Shown in pieces: positions 39,927-49,608 of a stretch of 64,000 nucleotides of DNA. Under the pieces are notes generated by a model. The model was not told the origin of the DNA. It searched no databases and worked only from the letters and a program-made list of their open reading frames with translations. Position 1 is the stretch's first letter. Each line of letters begins with the position of its first letter. Source of the DNA: Patescibacteria group bacterium (GTDB taxonomy: Bacteria; Patescibacteriota; Microgenomatia; UBA8517); assembly GCA_025999275.1 (NCBI GenBank), contig AP024680.1, positions 556,522 to 620,521 of the forward strand, in the 5' to 3' direction. Made by a program: the position numbers and the translations under genes.

Positions 39927-40949
39927 TTATTTACCCCCTCTCAACGCTAATCCAATTGACACACCATATAGATGCATGTAATCAATTACACTTTTTTGCA
40001 AATCCCCCGGAACCTCTACTCTCAAGAAAGGATTACCCACCAAAACTTCCAAATCAAGTTCTTTTGTAAAATAGGGCATTAGATCCGGCAAACCAGCCAA
40101 CCCCCCTGAAATAATTATTTGCTTAGGCTTTTCCTCCGTAGAATTTTCAGAAATAAAGTATTGAATAGCCTTTTTAATCTCATCTAATAACGACCGCATT
40201 ACAGGTTCCATAGCATGCCTTACTTTTCCCTCAAGCAAGGTGGGCGAAAAGCCATAGGCTTTTTTATACTGTTCAGCCTGGGTGGCATCTATTCTTAATT
40301 CCTGAACTATTGCTCGATTTAACGCATCTCCTCCTATTGGAATAGAACGAGAAAACCACAAATCACCCATCTTGGTAACACCAATATCACTTGAGGCTGC
40401 TCCCAAATTAACAATAACTGAAAGCTCTGTTTGGGAAGCTAAAGATCGAGCAAGAGATAAAAGTTCATTTTCCACTGCTATTACATTTAAACCTGCAAGT
40501 TGGGATAAAAGAACATATTTTTCAACTAAAGATCTGCGAGCAGCCACTAAAAGAACTTTTACCCGTGGAGGGTTTGACTTCTCGTCCCTTAAAACAATCT
40601 GGTACTGCATGACTGCTTCTTCAAGAGGAATCGGTACATATTGGTCCGCCTCCCATTTTAAAGCGGCATCGATCTCCTGATCACTTAAAAGAGGAAAAGT
40701 AACAAGTTTTACAAAAGCAAAACGTTCAGGTAAAGAAATAATAACTTCACGACTTGATATCTTGGCTTCATTAAAGAGCTTTTTAATAATATCCGCCAAA
40801 GGAACTAGTTCTTTTTCTTCTTTTACATTTTCAATCACAATACCAGAATATCCTACAACCCCAGACCCTCTTAAATACCATTTATTTTGCTTTTTCTCAA
40901 GCTCAACAACCTTAATAGATTTAGAACCAATATCAAGTCCTACGCTCAT
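39927..40949 (-). CDS. pilM: Type IV pilus assembly protein PilM
   Basis: GLDIGSKSIKVVEL, WEADQYVP, SGGLAGL, GNPF, GLALRG. Confidence 0.93.
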   Translation of the reverse strand: MSVGLDIGSKSIKVVELEKKQNKWYLRGSGVVGYSGIVIENVKEEKELVPLADIIKKLFNEAKISSREVIISLPERFAFVKLVTFPLLSDQEIDAALKWEADQYVPIPLEEAVMQYQIVLRDEKSNPPRVKVLLVAARRSLVEKYVLLSQLAGLNVIAVENELLSLARSLASQTELSVIVNLGAASSDIGVTKMGDLWFSRSIPIGGDALNRAIVQELRIDATQAEQYKKAYGFSPTLLEGKVRHAMEPVMRSLLDEIKKAIQYFISENSTEEKPKQIIISGGLAGLPDLMPYFTKELDLEVLVGNPFLRVEVPGDLQKSVIDYMHLYGVSIGLALRGGK

Positions 40950-40954
40950 AAAAA

Positions 40955-41818
40955 TTACTGTTTTGAAAGATCCCCAGAACTAACTAAACCAGCTTCAAAT
41001 ACACTCAAGGGAGTACGATAATAATCAGCTACTTCAACTTGTCTTACTGTACCACCAGAATAACCACGAGAAACCAAAAGCTTTCCCTGAGAAGGAAGAA
41101 CACCTCCTTGAACATTCACTCCAAGTCCAGAAGAATAACCGTATAAAACCCTAATAACAGCAAAAAGAGGTCTGGTAAGATCAGAAATGTTAATGCTCCC
41201 AGAAGAAAAAGAATAGCCATTTTGACCCCCAGAGGCAGCTGTAAAACCGTTAACAGCACGCCTCGAAGAAATGGGGTCGAAAGCAAATCGCTTAACCCTT
41301 ATGCCACTAAAATTTGGAGTAGAAGCAATGGCTCCACTCAAACCCAAAGTATCATAATAAACAACAACTTCAACAGCGGTATTATTACCATTCCAAAACA
41401 CAGTAAAACTACTTCCATTAAAACAAATTTTGTTTGTACAAGTAAGTCTCAAGCCATCATCGGTGTGGGAAACAAACCAAACAGTTGCCGTATCCCCATT
41501 GTTATAATTGTCACTAAAACTAAAAAAATTTCCTCCCTCATCCAAAGTATAAGACTGGGCAGATTCTATAAATGCATCATTTCCTAATTGTTCACCTGAT
41601 ATATTAGTCTCTCCAATTAATAACCTTTCTATACCAGCTTCTGCTGCAGAAAAAGCTTTAGAAGAGTTTTCCTCAACCTCACTAATTGAAACGTCTGTTA
41701 CAGATCTAGACACAACCGAAAGAACAATTGTCAAAACAACAGCCATTCCCAAAATTACAAGAAGTACAGCTTGACCTGAAGACTTTTTCAAGAACTTATA
41801 ACTGGCAGTATGTTTCAT
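40955..41818 (-). CDS. PilX-like minor pilin
   Basis: G|QAVLL (no E5); AFSAAEAGIE. Confidence 0.8.
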   Translation of the reverse strand: MKHTASYKFLKKSSGQAVLLVILGMAVVLTIVLSVVSRSVTDVSISEVEENSSKAFSAAEAGIERLLIGETNISGEQLGNDAFIESAQSYTLDEGGNFFSFSDNYNNGDTATVWFVSHTDDGLRLTCTNKICFNGSSFTVFWNGNNTAVEVVVYYDTLGLSGAIASTPNFSGIRVKRFAFDPISSRRAVNGFTAASGGQNGYSFSSGSINISDLTRPLFAVIRVLYGYSSGLGVNVQGGVLPSQGKLLVSRGYSGGTVRQVEVADYYRTPLSVFEAGLVSSGDLSKQ

Positions 41819-41865
41819 AAATCTAAACCAGTTTATGACTAAAAAATAAACAAGTCAAGTACTTC

Positions 41866-42360
41866 TCACTTCAAGTAATTCCTCAAAAAAATTCTGGATG
41901 AGACGGTAGCAACATCCGACTCAACCCCACTAGTACCTAAACTACTAGCAGTCAGATTGATAACAACAACTCCGTTAGAAACCAAAGAACTACAATCAAA
42001 ACCACAGTTACTAAGATTAATATTCGCTCCAGTTAGATCAGAGCCATTCATAACAAGATTATTTGAATTACAACTCAAATTCACAGAAATACCATTTTGA
42101 TCAGTAAAAGATAATCTAGGAGATTGATTTTGAGGATCCAAACAAGATACGGAATTGTTTTTTGCCTCTCTTAAAGACCTTTCAACAATAGAAACAGCAT
42201 TCTCAAGTTCAGACCTTACCTTCATAGAAGATTCACTTTTTCTTACTCCTTTCATAGAGGTGCCAACCAGATTCCCAACCAAAACTGCTATTCCAGCAAA
42301 AAGGCCTGTTACTACCAGCATCTCAATTAAAGTAAATCCCCATATTTTAACTGTTTTCAT
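41866..42360 (-). CDS. Minor pilin (PilW/GspJ-like)
   Basis: G|FTLIEML. Confidence 0.8.
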   Translation of the reverse strand: MKTVKIWGFTLIEMLVVTGLFAGIAVLVGNLVGTSMKGVRKSESSMKVRSELENAVSIVERSLREAKNNSVSCLDPQNQSPRLSFTDQNGISVNLSCNSNNLVMNGSDLTGANINLSNCGFDCSSLVSNGVVVINLTASSLGTSGVESDVATVSSRIFLRNYLK

Positions 42361-42361
42361 A

Positions 42362-42832
42362 TTATTCGGTCAATGAAAAAATAGACTCAACTTTTGTTAT
42401 ATGATTCCCAGCACTATCACTCCATGTAACCACAACTGTTGCCTTAATCTTAGGTTTCTGACCCACTCCTAGATCATATTTATAAAGCATCAATTCTCGT
42501 TTAAAAACACCACCTAAAGAATAGCTCGAGCAACTACCAGGGCTATCAAAGTTTAAGCTGTTTAAACAAAAGTCTATATTATTAAGATTGGTGTCAGCTC
42601 TATAATTTAGAATATTATACCAATTATCCCTTTTATATGCCCTTAACCACTCCATTGCCTCTTCAACGTACCTTTTTGCCATTGTTTGCCTTTTGGCAAA
42701 ATAGGCTGCCTTAATTGAAAGTGCCGAAAGGCCAACAACAGCAACTATTATTATCACTATTAAAGCTAAAGCTACAAGAAGCTCTACTAAAGATTGGCCT
42801 TTATCACCCTTAGATTTTTTAAATCTTTTCAT
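42362..42832 (-). CDS. Minor pilin (PilV-like)
   Basis: G|QSLVELLVAL; C-terminal VVVTW. Confidence 0.8.
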   Translation of the reverse strand: MKRFKKSKGDKGQSLVELLVALALIVIIIVAVVGLSALSIKAAYFAKRQTMAKRYVEEAMEWLRAYKRDNWYNILNYRADTNLNNIDFCLNSLNFDSPGSCSSYSLGGVFKRELMLYKYDLGVGQKPKIKATVVVTWSDSAGNHITKVESIFSLTE

Positions 42833-42835
42833 TAT

Positions 42836-43339
42836 CTAATTAGTATATGTCATACTTATCTTACCAGAAGTTGAAACCGTAATATTAATATAAGGATTTA
42901 ATGTTCCAGACCTTAAAATTCTAAAAGAGACACCACCATCAGCACCTCCTGTCACAGCCCTGAAAACAATGCTCACAGAAGAATCAGCAATCTCAAAACC
43001 ATTTGGCATACTCCTATTAATAACACTTGTATAATAATTAACACCAGACAAGCGGCAAACACGCCTTATGCTGTAAGAAGTTGCACTATTAAGATAAAAA
43101 TTATAACCGTAAAAATAACCTTGGCTACCACAATACGCATCCTTTCCAGACATAGCATAACTTTGAGCAAGTCTTAGATCTCCTTCAACTTGCCTGGCAG
43201 CAGCCCATAAAGCTTGTTTTTGTGAATAAGCGCGGAAATTAGCATAACCAAGGCCAACCAAAATAGAAATAACCAAAATTGAAACAAGAAGCTCAATTAA
43301 TGTAAAACCTGAATTTTTAAAGGCAGATTTTGACTCCAT
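42836..43339 (-). CDS. Minor pilin (FimT/GspH-like)
   Basis: G|FTLIELL..DLRLAQSYAMSG..VSTSGKI. Confidence 0.8.
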   Translation of the reverse strand: MESKSAFKNSGFTLIELLVSILVISILVGLGYANFRAYSQKQALWAAARQVEGDLRLAQSYAMSGKDAYCGSQGYFYGYNFYLNSATSYSIRRVCRLSGVNYYTSVINRSMPNGFEIADSSVSIVFRAVTGGADGGVSFRILRSGTLNPYINITVSTSGKISMTYTN

Positions 43340-43354
43340 ATAAACATAATAATT

Positions 43355-43804
43355 TCAAGGATTCGTAACTTTGTAATTACAACCTATACCACAGTTGCCT
43401 CCGCAACCACTTACAGCTGCTCCACCACCTTCCAGAGAGGCGCAAAGAGCATAAGTATTACAATTTCCAGAAGGAGAACAAGTGTAAGTATAAAATCTAG
43501 AAGGGGAAAGTGGGTCGGAAGGATTCGAAGCTATATAACTCGAAAGTGGTAGGGAAGAAGCATTAAAATCAGAAATACTGGGATATCTGCCATTATCAGC
43601 CTTATACATCTCAAGGGCAGAGCGAATAGATTCTAAATCTGACTTTCTTTTTGCGTCTCTTGAACTCTTACGCGCATTTTGGATACCAAAAAGGGAGAGG
43701 GAGATTAAAATTCCAATTATAGAAATAACCACAAGAAGTTCAATTAAAGTGAAACCTAATTTTTTTGTAAAAAACATTCTTTGATAAAAAAATCTCCTTG
43801 CCAT
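43355..43804 (-). CDS. GspG-like (pseudo)pilin
   Basis: G|FTLIELLVVISII, RDAKRKSDL, DP motif. Confidence 0.85.
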   Translation of the reverse strand: MARRFFYQRMFFTKKLGFTLIELLVVISIIGILISLSLFGIQNARKSSRDAKRKSDLESIRSALEMYKADNGRYPSISDFNASSLPLSSYIASNPSDPLSPSRFYTYTCSPSGNCNTYALCASLEGGGAAVSGCGGNCGIGCNYKVTNP

Positions 43805-43810
43805 AAGCTA

Positions 43811-44251
43811 TCACAAAGGACATGTTCCACTCGTTGGAGCAGAACTTGTTTCCCCAGACTTGCCAGTTGAACAAACCACCCAATACGGCCCAGTACTATA
43901 AGCTTCTATCTGCGCCCAAAGAACATACTCAGAACCATTCGTGGATCTTCTATAACCATAGGGGTATGTTGAATCATCAGGACAATTTGTTATGCTCAAA
44001 GCACTACAAAGATTAGACATGCCTGTACCTGAGATAGAAGGGTAAACTCCAGCGGTAATATTAGCATAATTCTCAAGAGCAGCTTGATATTGCCTTAAAT
44101 CAGACTTTCTTCTCGTATCCCGCGCTTGTTTTTGCGAACGAGAATAAGAAACCAAAGCCAAAGAAGCAAGAATACCAATAATAGAGATAACCACCAAAAG
44201 TTCAATCAAGGTAAAACCTATCTTGTCATAATTGATATATCTTATCCTCAT
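43811..44251 (-). CDS. GspG-like (pseudo)pilin
   Basis: G|FTLIELLVVISII, RDTRRKSDL. Confidence 0.85.
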   Translation of the reverse strand: MRIRYINYDKIGFTLIELLVVISIIGILASLALVSYSRSQKQARDTRRKSDLRQYQAALENYANITAGVYPSISGTGMSNLCSALSITNCPDDSTYPYGYRRSTNGSEYVLWAQIEAYSTGPYWVVCSTGKSGETSSAPTSGTCPL

Positions 44252-44262
44252 ATTAAACTAAA

Positions 44263-44772
44263 TCAAGGCTTAACCTCGTAAACACAACCGTCAACACCCG
44301 ATAACCAAGAGCAAGTTGCACCAGTCTTACACTTATCATCTGCTTTGTTTTCAAGGCAAGCCGAGAGAGTATAGTCTTCATTTGAAATCCGGACATAATT
44401 ATAACTTCTTGCTGAGCCCTGTGGGTCTTTAGGAAGAACATTCATATAAACAACATTGCTACTACCGGCAGAAAAAGTTCCCCCCCAAGTGCAGACACTG
44501 TTTCCACTTGTACCACAACCCATAATGCTCCCACCACTAGAATTAGGATATCTGCCATAATCATTATAATAAGTCCTTAAAGCAGTCTGAATATTCCTTA
44601 AATCAGATTTCCTTTGAGCATCGCGAGCTCTTTGGCGAGTTGCATTGTAATTGGCAACAAGAAGTGTAGCTAGAATCCCAATAATAGAAATTACTACAAG
44701 AAGTTCAATTAAAGTAAAACCAAATACTTGGAAGTTTATTCTTTTATCTGATTGAGCAGGAAAATTAAGCAT
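44263..44772 (-). CDS. GspG-like (pseudo)pilin
   Basis: G|FTLIELLVVISII, RDAQRKSDL, LPKDP. Confidence 0.85.
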   Translation of the reverse strand: MLNFPAQSDKRINFQVFGFTLIELLVVISIIGILATLLVANYNATRQRARDAQRKSDLRNIQTALRTYYNDYGRYPNSSGGSIMGCGTSGNSVCTWGGTFSAGSSNVVYMNVLPKDPQGSARSYNYVRISNEDYTLSACLENKADDKCKTGATCSWLSGVDGCVYEVKP

Positions 44773-44797
44773 AATTTAATTATACAACAATTTATTT

Positions 44798-45355
44798 TTA
44801 CAAAGCATCCTTAGGTGTAACATTAGCACTTGTAATTGCAAAATTACAAGAACCATTACAATTATTACCCACAGGTACGCCAGTAGCAGAACAATCAGAG
44901 TTTATGCAATTCTGATCCTTATCGTTTTCAAGGTGGGCAAAAAGCCTAAACGACTGGCCATTGGAAACATAATAGTAAGAAAAACCTCCTGGATCTTTAG
45001 GCAAAGACTTAAAATAAAGAACATCCCTATCAGCATCCCTAAATTCACTGTTGTAATCTGGAGCCCCCCATTGACAAATACTTGGAGTTGTACTGCTATA
45101 GTATGGACAACCCAAGATCTTACCATTATAAGAAGATGGATAAAATCCTTTATCAGAATAAAACATCTCCAAAGCATTTGCAATTTGCTTTAAATCAGAT
45201 TTCCGTTTTGCATCACGAGACCTCATTTGAGAAGACCTAAAACTACTCAAGGCAATGGTTGAAAGGATTCCCAAAATAGTTATAGCTACCAGAAGCTCTA
45301 TAAGAGTAAATCCTAAACCATTCTTCCTTAAAAAATTAAAAATGGGCATAATCAA
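44798..45355 (-). CDS. GspG-like (pseudo)pilin
   Basis: G|FTLIELLVAI, RDAKRKSDL, LPKDP. Confidence 0.85.
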   Translation of the reverse strand: MIMPIFNFLRKNGLGFTLIELLVAITILGILSTIALSSFRSSQMRSRDAKRKSDLKQIANALEMFYSDKGFYPSSYNGKILGCPYYSSTTPSICQWGAPDYNSEFRDADRDVLYFKSLPKDPGGFSYYYVSNGQSFRLFAHLENDKDQNCINSDCSATGVPVGNNCNGSCNFAITSANVTPKDAL

Positions 45356-45374
45356 TTAATTTATATTAGCGAGA

Positions 45375-45932
45375 TCATCTTACTATTTCAACCCCATTAC
45401 TTCTTGCTGCGTTACAAAATACTATTCCACACTTAATTTTTTGCAAAAGAATATTCTTATTGTAATCCGGCATTCTTCTAGTTTCATAACTCACATAAAC
45501 ATAATACTTGCCATCCTTAAATTCATACCTATAACTATAACCCTTATCAGATAGGGGATCTTGGGGGATTATTTCAAGAAAAGCTGGATAATTACCGTCT
45601 AAAGCATCACGCAAAGCATCCTTTCCCCAATCGCAAGGCACCAAATTCACCAACTTATCCCTCACTGCACCAGGTTCCCTTACTCCCAATCCATTTTGAT
45701 CTTTCAAAACCTTAGTATCTTCACCAGCACAAGCAATTATTCGACCGTCATCAGATACTTCAGGATAATAACCAAAAGCTTGCCGGTAGGCTTCTAAAGC
45801 CTGCGCCACTAGGCTAATATCAGCATTCCTTTTTACATCCCTTTCTCTTTTTTTCGCCTCAGAAAAGCCATAAAAAGAAACAACTAATACCAACAGGAAA
45901 ACCAAAAAAACTCTTAATGATTCTTTAATCAT
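45375..45932 (-). CDS. GspG-like protein lacking the prepilin cleavage motif
   Basis: TM, RDVKRNADI..ALEAY..YP, IPQDP. Likely ATG 45932 coupled to the upstream stop. Confidence 0.7.
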   Translation of the reverse strand: MIKESLRVFLVFLLVLVVSFYGFSEAKKRERDVKRNADISLVAQALEAYRQAFGYYPEVSDDGRIIACAGEDTKVLKDQNGLGVREPGAVRDKLVNLVPCDWGKDALRDALDGNYPAFLEIIPQDPLSDKGYSYRYEFKDGKYYVYVSYETRRMPDYNKNILLQKIKCGIVFCNAARSNGVEIVR

Positions 45933-46585
45933 CACTGGCATTGATTTATAGAATTTCCGTTCCCGTCTATACACAAACCACGACAATCGCTTTGGGAAAA
46001 GTTTGGCTGACAGACCGGTATCTTAGTATAAGGATCAATAGAGATAGGTTGGCACACGCCAGAGAAACAGCCATAATAAGTACCAGTAGCATCAGGTGGA
46101 ACATTTGGATTACCCGACTTAAAAGGATCTGGAGCAGAAGGGGTAGTCACATAGTAATTAAAACCATAGCTTTGACTAGGACCGCAACCGTTCTCACAAC
46201 CTAATTCTTTTATCTTTGGATCACCTATGTATTCTAAATTGGTAAATATCCATGCCCACTTTGCGCAAACAGAACTAGGATCAGCATAATAAACATAATC
46301 AGTTTTTGTATGAGGATCACATGGAATCGCTGATATATAAGATTTTAAAATCCCAGCATCAGCACCCCTGCAAGATGGTAAGTAAGGGGGATAACAATTA
46401 TTGTCCTTCTCATATTCCTCAAGCGCTATCTTAATCCTATCAAGATCTGACTTTCTTCTTGCGTCATAGCCTTTACTAATCTGACTTTTAAATACAAAGA
46501 TAGAAATTACTACCATTAAAGACAAAAATGCTATAACTATCAAAACTTCAATCATCGTAAATGCTAAAAAAATATTTTTCCTCAT
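45932..46585 (-). CDS. GspG-like (pseudo)pilin with Cys-rich C-terminal extension
   Basis: A|FTMIE, DARRKSDL, IPCDP. ATG 46585 overlaps the pilD stop. Confidence 0.8.
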   Translation of the reverse strand: MRKNIFLAFTMIEVLIVIAFLSLMVVISIFVFKSQISKGYDARRKSDLDRIKIALEEYEKDNNCYPPYLPSCRGADAGILKSYISAIPCDPHTKTDYVYYADPSSVCAKWAWIFTNLEYIGDPKIKELGCENGCGPSQSYGFNYYVTTPSAPDPFKSGNPNVPPDATGTYYGCFSGVCQPISIDPYTKIPVCQPNFSQSDCRGLCIDGNGNSINQCQ

Positions 46586-47319
46586 CTTAAAAATAAAATT
46601 AGCTTTTCTCCAAATAAAAATACTAGCCAAAAGGAAAAGACCAAAAACGGACCAAAGGGAATTTGCTTCCCAAATTTCGCTTTACCTATTAAAATAAGAA
46701 TAACCCCTAGAATAGCACCCGTCAAGAAAGAAATAAAAATCCACAAGACCCCAAGAGGAAATCCCATAAAAAATCCAAGGGGTAGGGCAAGTTTAACATC
46801 TCCCAATCCCATTCCATGACCTTTTGTCACAAGATGCAAAAATAAAAGAAACAAAGATAAAGAAAAAGCAATTAATAAATTTAGATAAAAATTTTGATCT
46901 TTTATAAATAGGGAAGTGGTAAGAAAAAAAATAAAAAGTAAATAGGTTAAGCCATCAAAAATAACCTTATGTTCAAGGTCAATAATAAAAATTACTTCAA
47001 GAACAATAAAAACAAAAAGCAGTAAGGGTATGGACAAGGTCCGACCCTGTCCAAAGCTGTAGATCAAAATAAAGCCTAAAGCAGTGGATAGCTCAATTAT
47101 GGGATAACGATAGGAAATTTTTTTGCCGCAATTACGACATTTTCCGCCAAGAATAATAAAAGAGAGGAGGGGAATGTTATCATACCAAGAAATTTTACGA
47201 TTGCATTTAGGACAAAAAGATCTGCCTGAAACAAATGAAATTCCTAGTGGTAAGCGGTATGATAGAGCAGAAACAAAAGATCCAAAAACAAGACCCAAGA
47301 TAAATACTAGAAAGGACAT
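46582..47319 (-). CDS. pilD: Prepilin peptidase
   Basis: GSF..RSFCPKC..WYDNIPLLS..GKCRNC, GMGLGDVKL, IPFGPFL. Confidence 0.95.
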   Translation of the reverse strand: MSFLVFILGLVFGSFVSALSYRLPLGISFVSGRSFCPKCNRKISWYDNIPLLSFIILGGKCRNCGKKISYRYPIIELSTALGFILIYSFGQGRTLSIPLLLFVFIVLEVIFIIDLEHKVIFDGLTYLLFIFFLTTSLFIKDQNFYLNLLIAFSLSLFLLFLHLVTKGHGMGLGDVKLALPLGFFMGFPLGVLWIFISFLTGAILGVILILIGKAKFGKQIPFGPFLVFSFWLVFLFGEKLILFLR

Positions 47320-47321
47320 AA

Positions 47322-48983
47322 TTAAAAAGAAATACCCATACTCTGAACTTGACTATAAATTTTCTTTGCATCCTCAATTCTTCCTCTTCTGACATAAAAA
47401 GCAACCAAACCCATGAGAAGATCTATATTTTGGTTATCAATTTTAAGAGCTTCAAGATAATATTTTTCAGCCTCTTCATAATCTTCTTGTTTCTCCTTAA
47501 TCGAACCCATATACTGCATTGCTCTTACTGATTTTGGATTAATTTTTAGAACTTTTTCCAATTCTTGTAAAGATTTCTCGTATTCTTTTTTATTATAATA
47601 TAAAGAGGCAAAACCTAAATGTGAGATTTCCGTATCCGGTTTTATCTCTGCCAGTTTTCTAAACACCTCCTCCGCTTTATCGATTTCCCCTTCAGACAAA
47701 TAAACACCAGAAAGGCCAACCTCGGTAACAAAATGCTGCGAAGAATTCAAATAAGCATCTTCCCAAAAAGAACGGCTGTCCTTAAAAGCAAAAATATGAT
47801 TTCTATTACCCTTCCAAAAAAATATCACAACTAATAAAGATAGCAATAAAAAAACTTTTCTGTAAGATAGACCTAATCTAACGAAATTAATTTGAGAAAA
47901 AGATAAAAGAAGACCCACCAAAGGCAAATAAAGCCTATGTTCGTAAATTATGTTTGGTTCGCCAGGCATAAGATTAACAAAAGTGGGAAAAAGCAAGACT
48001 AAAAACCATATTAACCCAAAAACAAAAATTTTCCTTCTTTTTTTTGAAACAAAAAGAAAGAAGGATAAAAACAAAAAGATTAAAAATAAAATCCCAAATT
48101 TTATATTAGAGTTGGTTAAATCCAAAATAGGGAACACCGAAAGATTAAATGGCCAAACTATTTTTCCAAAATATGTTAAGTAACCAGGAATCACAACCCT
48201 AGGAAAATACGAAAGCCAATTTGTATGAACTAAATAACCCAAATAACTACCCTGTTTATCACTAAAATTTAAGGCCATAAAATACCACAAAACAAAAATA
48301 ACCATAAAGGCAGAGAAAACAAGCAAAGATCTTTTAATATGCTTTTTCCAATCTAAAATTAGGAATAAATATGCCAAAAGTATTACAAGAAAGAAAATAG
48401 CAGTTTCTTTTACAAAAACAGACAAAAAAGCAAAAAAAAGAAAAAAAAGAAAATCTTTTAAGCCGCCAGATTTAAGATAATTCAAAAAATAAAAAAAATT
48501 AGAAATAGAAAAAACTAAAAGCAAACTGTCATTCCTGCCCGGCACCCAAGCAATGGTCTGCATTAAAACAGGATGCAAAGCAAATATAAGAGTCACAAAT
48601 AGAGCAACGTATATTTGAACCTCCAAACGCAGCATTAATTTATACACCAAGATAATCGATACCAAATGCAACACTATATTAGTAAGATGATAACCTCTAA
48701 AGTTATCCTTGAAAAACAAAGCATCTAAAATAAAAGAAATTGTAAGTATCGGTCGATAATAAAAGGCTGTACTGTCAGAAAGATACATTACGTTAGTTTT
48801 GAAAGAATTAATAATATTTGCGGGATTAAAAATATAAGAGAATCTATATTTAATTAATAACGCATCATCTAAATTGACATATTGAAAATTTAAAGAGTCT
48901 TGGTAGAAAATAAAAGATAAAAACAAAACAAGAAACAAAAAAATAAGAGAGGAAAAAACATATCCACGCCCACGGGGCCTCAT
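47322..48983 (-). CDS. TMTC-like (GT-C) protein O-glycosyltransferase with C-terminal TPRs
   Basis: LDD, YYRPI, FALHP, W..GRND, KE, EHRLYLP; ~11 TM; TPR repeats. ATG 48983. Confidence 0.8.
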   Translation of the reverse strand: MRPRGRGYVFSSLIFLFLVLFLSFIFYQDSLNFQYVNLDDALLIKYRFSYIFNPANIINSFKTNVMYLSDSTAFYYRPILTISFILDALFFKDNFRGYHLTNIVLHLVSIILVYKLMLRLEVQIYVALFVTLIFALHPVLMQTIAWVPGRNDSLLLVFSISNFFYFLNYLKSGGLKDFLFFLFFAFLSVFVKETAIFFLVILLAYLFLILDWKKHIKRSLLVFSAFMVIFVLWYFMALNFSDKQGSYLGYLVHTNWLSYFPRVVIPGYLTYFGKIVWPFNLSVFPILDLTNSNIKFGILFLIFLFLSFFLFVSKKRRKIFVFGLIWFLVLLFPTFVNLMPGEPNIIYEHRLYLPLVGLLLSFSQINFVRLGLSYRKVFLLLSLLVVIFFWKGNRNHIFAFKDSRSFWEDAYLNSSQHFVTEVGLSGVYLSEGEIDKAEEVFRKLAEIKPDTEISHLGFASLYYNKKEYEKSLQELEKVLKINPKSVRAMQYMGSIKEKQEDYEEAEKYYLEALKIDNQNIDLLMGLVAFYVRRGRIEDAKKIYSQVQSMGISF

Positions 48984-48994
48984 AACTAATTTCG

Positions 48995-49555
48995 TCAAGG
49001 CAGACAAGAGTACGGGGAAACAGTGTTGCCACAAACAGTGGCTGCAACTGGCTGTAAATCTGCAGGTAATCCGCTTCCACTAGTACTCCCACACCTATTA
49101 TTAGCTTCTGTCCTAAAAGAACCTGATTGAGGAGCAAAACAAACATAATAACTATCACCTGCTTGACCTCGATTAAATATAAAGAGAGGGTTGTAACCCG
49201 AAGTAGTAATTCTATTAACAAAAGATTGCTTTATCTCTTCTGTACCTGCAGCTGACAACTGAGCAAGAACCGAAGTCGTTCCAGAACCAGACCAAGTAGT
49301 AGTAATTCGCGTCCAAGGTACAGCAGCACCAGCTGTCCCAGCTCCTGTCTGCCAAGGATAATAACCCCTTGATGCATAATACCTATCAATAGCCCCTATC
49401 AACTGCTCGGCATCAGATCGGGAACCGGTATCTCGAGAACGATTAATCTGCTCAATCGGATTAATTGCTGCTAAAACTGCAACAGCTAGAATTCCCAACA
49501 CCGCAATGACTATAAGAAGCTCAATTAAAGTAAAACCTTTAATAGAAGATTTCAT
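48995..49555 (-). CDS. Probable major type IV pilin
   Basis: G|FTLIELLIVIAVLGILAVAVLAAINPIEQ; Ser/Thr/Gly-rich; own TTGACA promoter at 49589-49594. Confidence 0.8.
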   Translation of the reverse strand: MKSSIKGFTLIELLIVIAVLGILAVAVLAAINPIEQINRSRDTGSRSDAEQLIGAIDRYYASRGYYPWQTGAGTAGAAVPWTRITTTWSGSGTTSVLAQLSAAGTEEIKQSFVNRITTSGYNPLFIFNRGQAGDSYYVCFAPQSGSFRTEANNRCGSTSGSGLPADLQPVAATVCGNTVSPYSCLP

Positions 49556-49608
49556 ATCTGGTTAAAGTAAAACATAGCAAAAAAAGATTGTCAAGGGGTA
49601 ATTTAGCT

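Noticed and set aside
43355-46585. Diversity-generating retroelement or shufflon acting on pilins
   Set aside because: No reverse transcriptase, TR/VR pair or inverted cassettes; each pilin has its own start.
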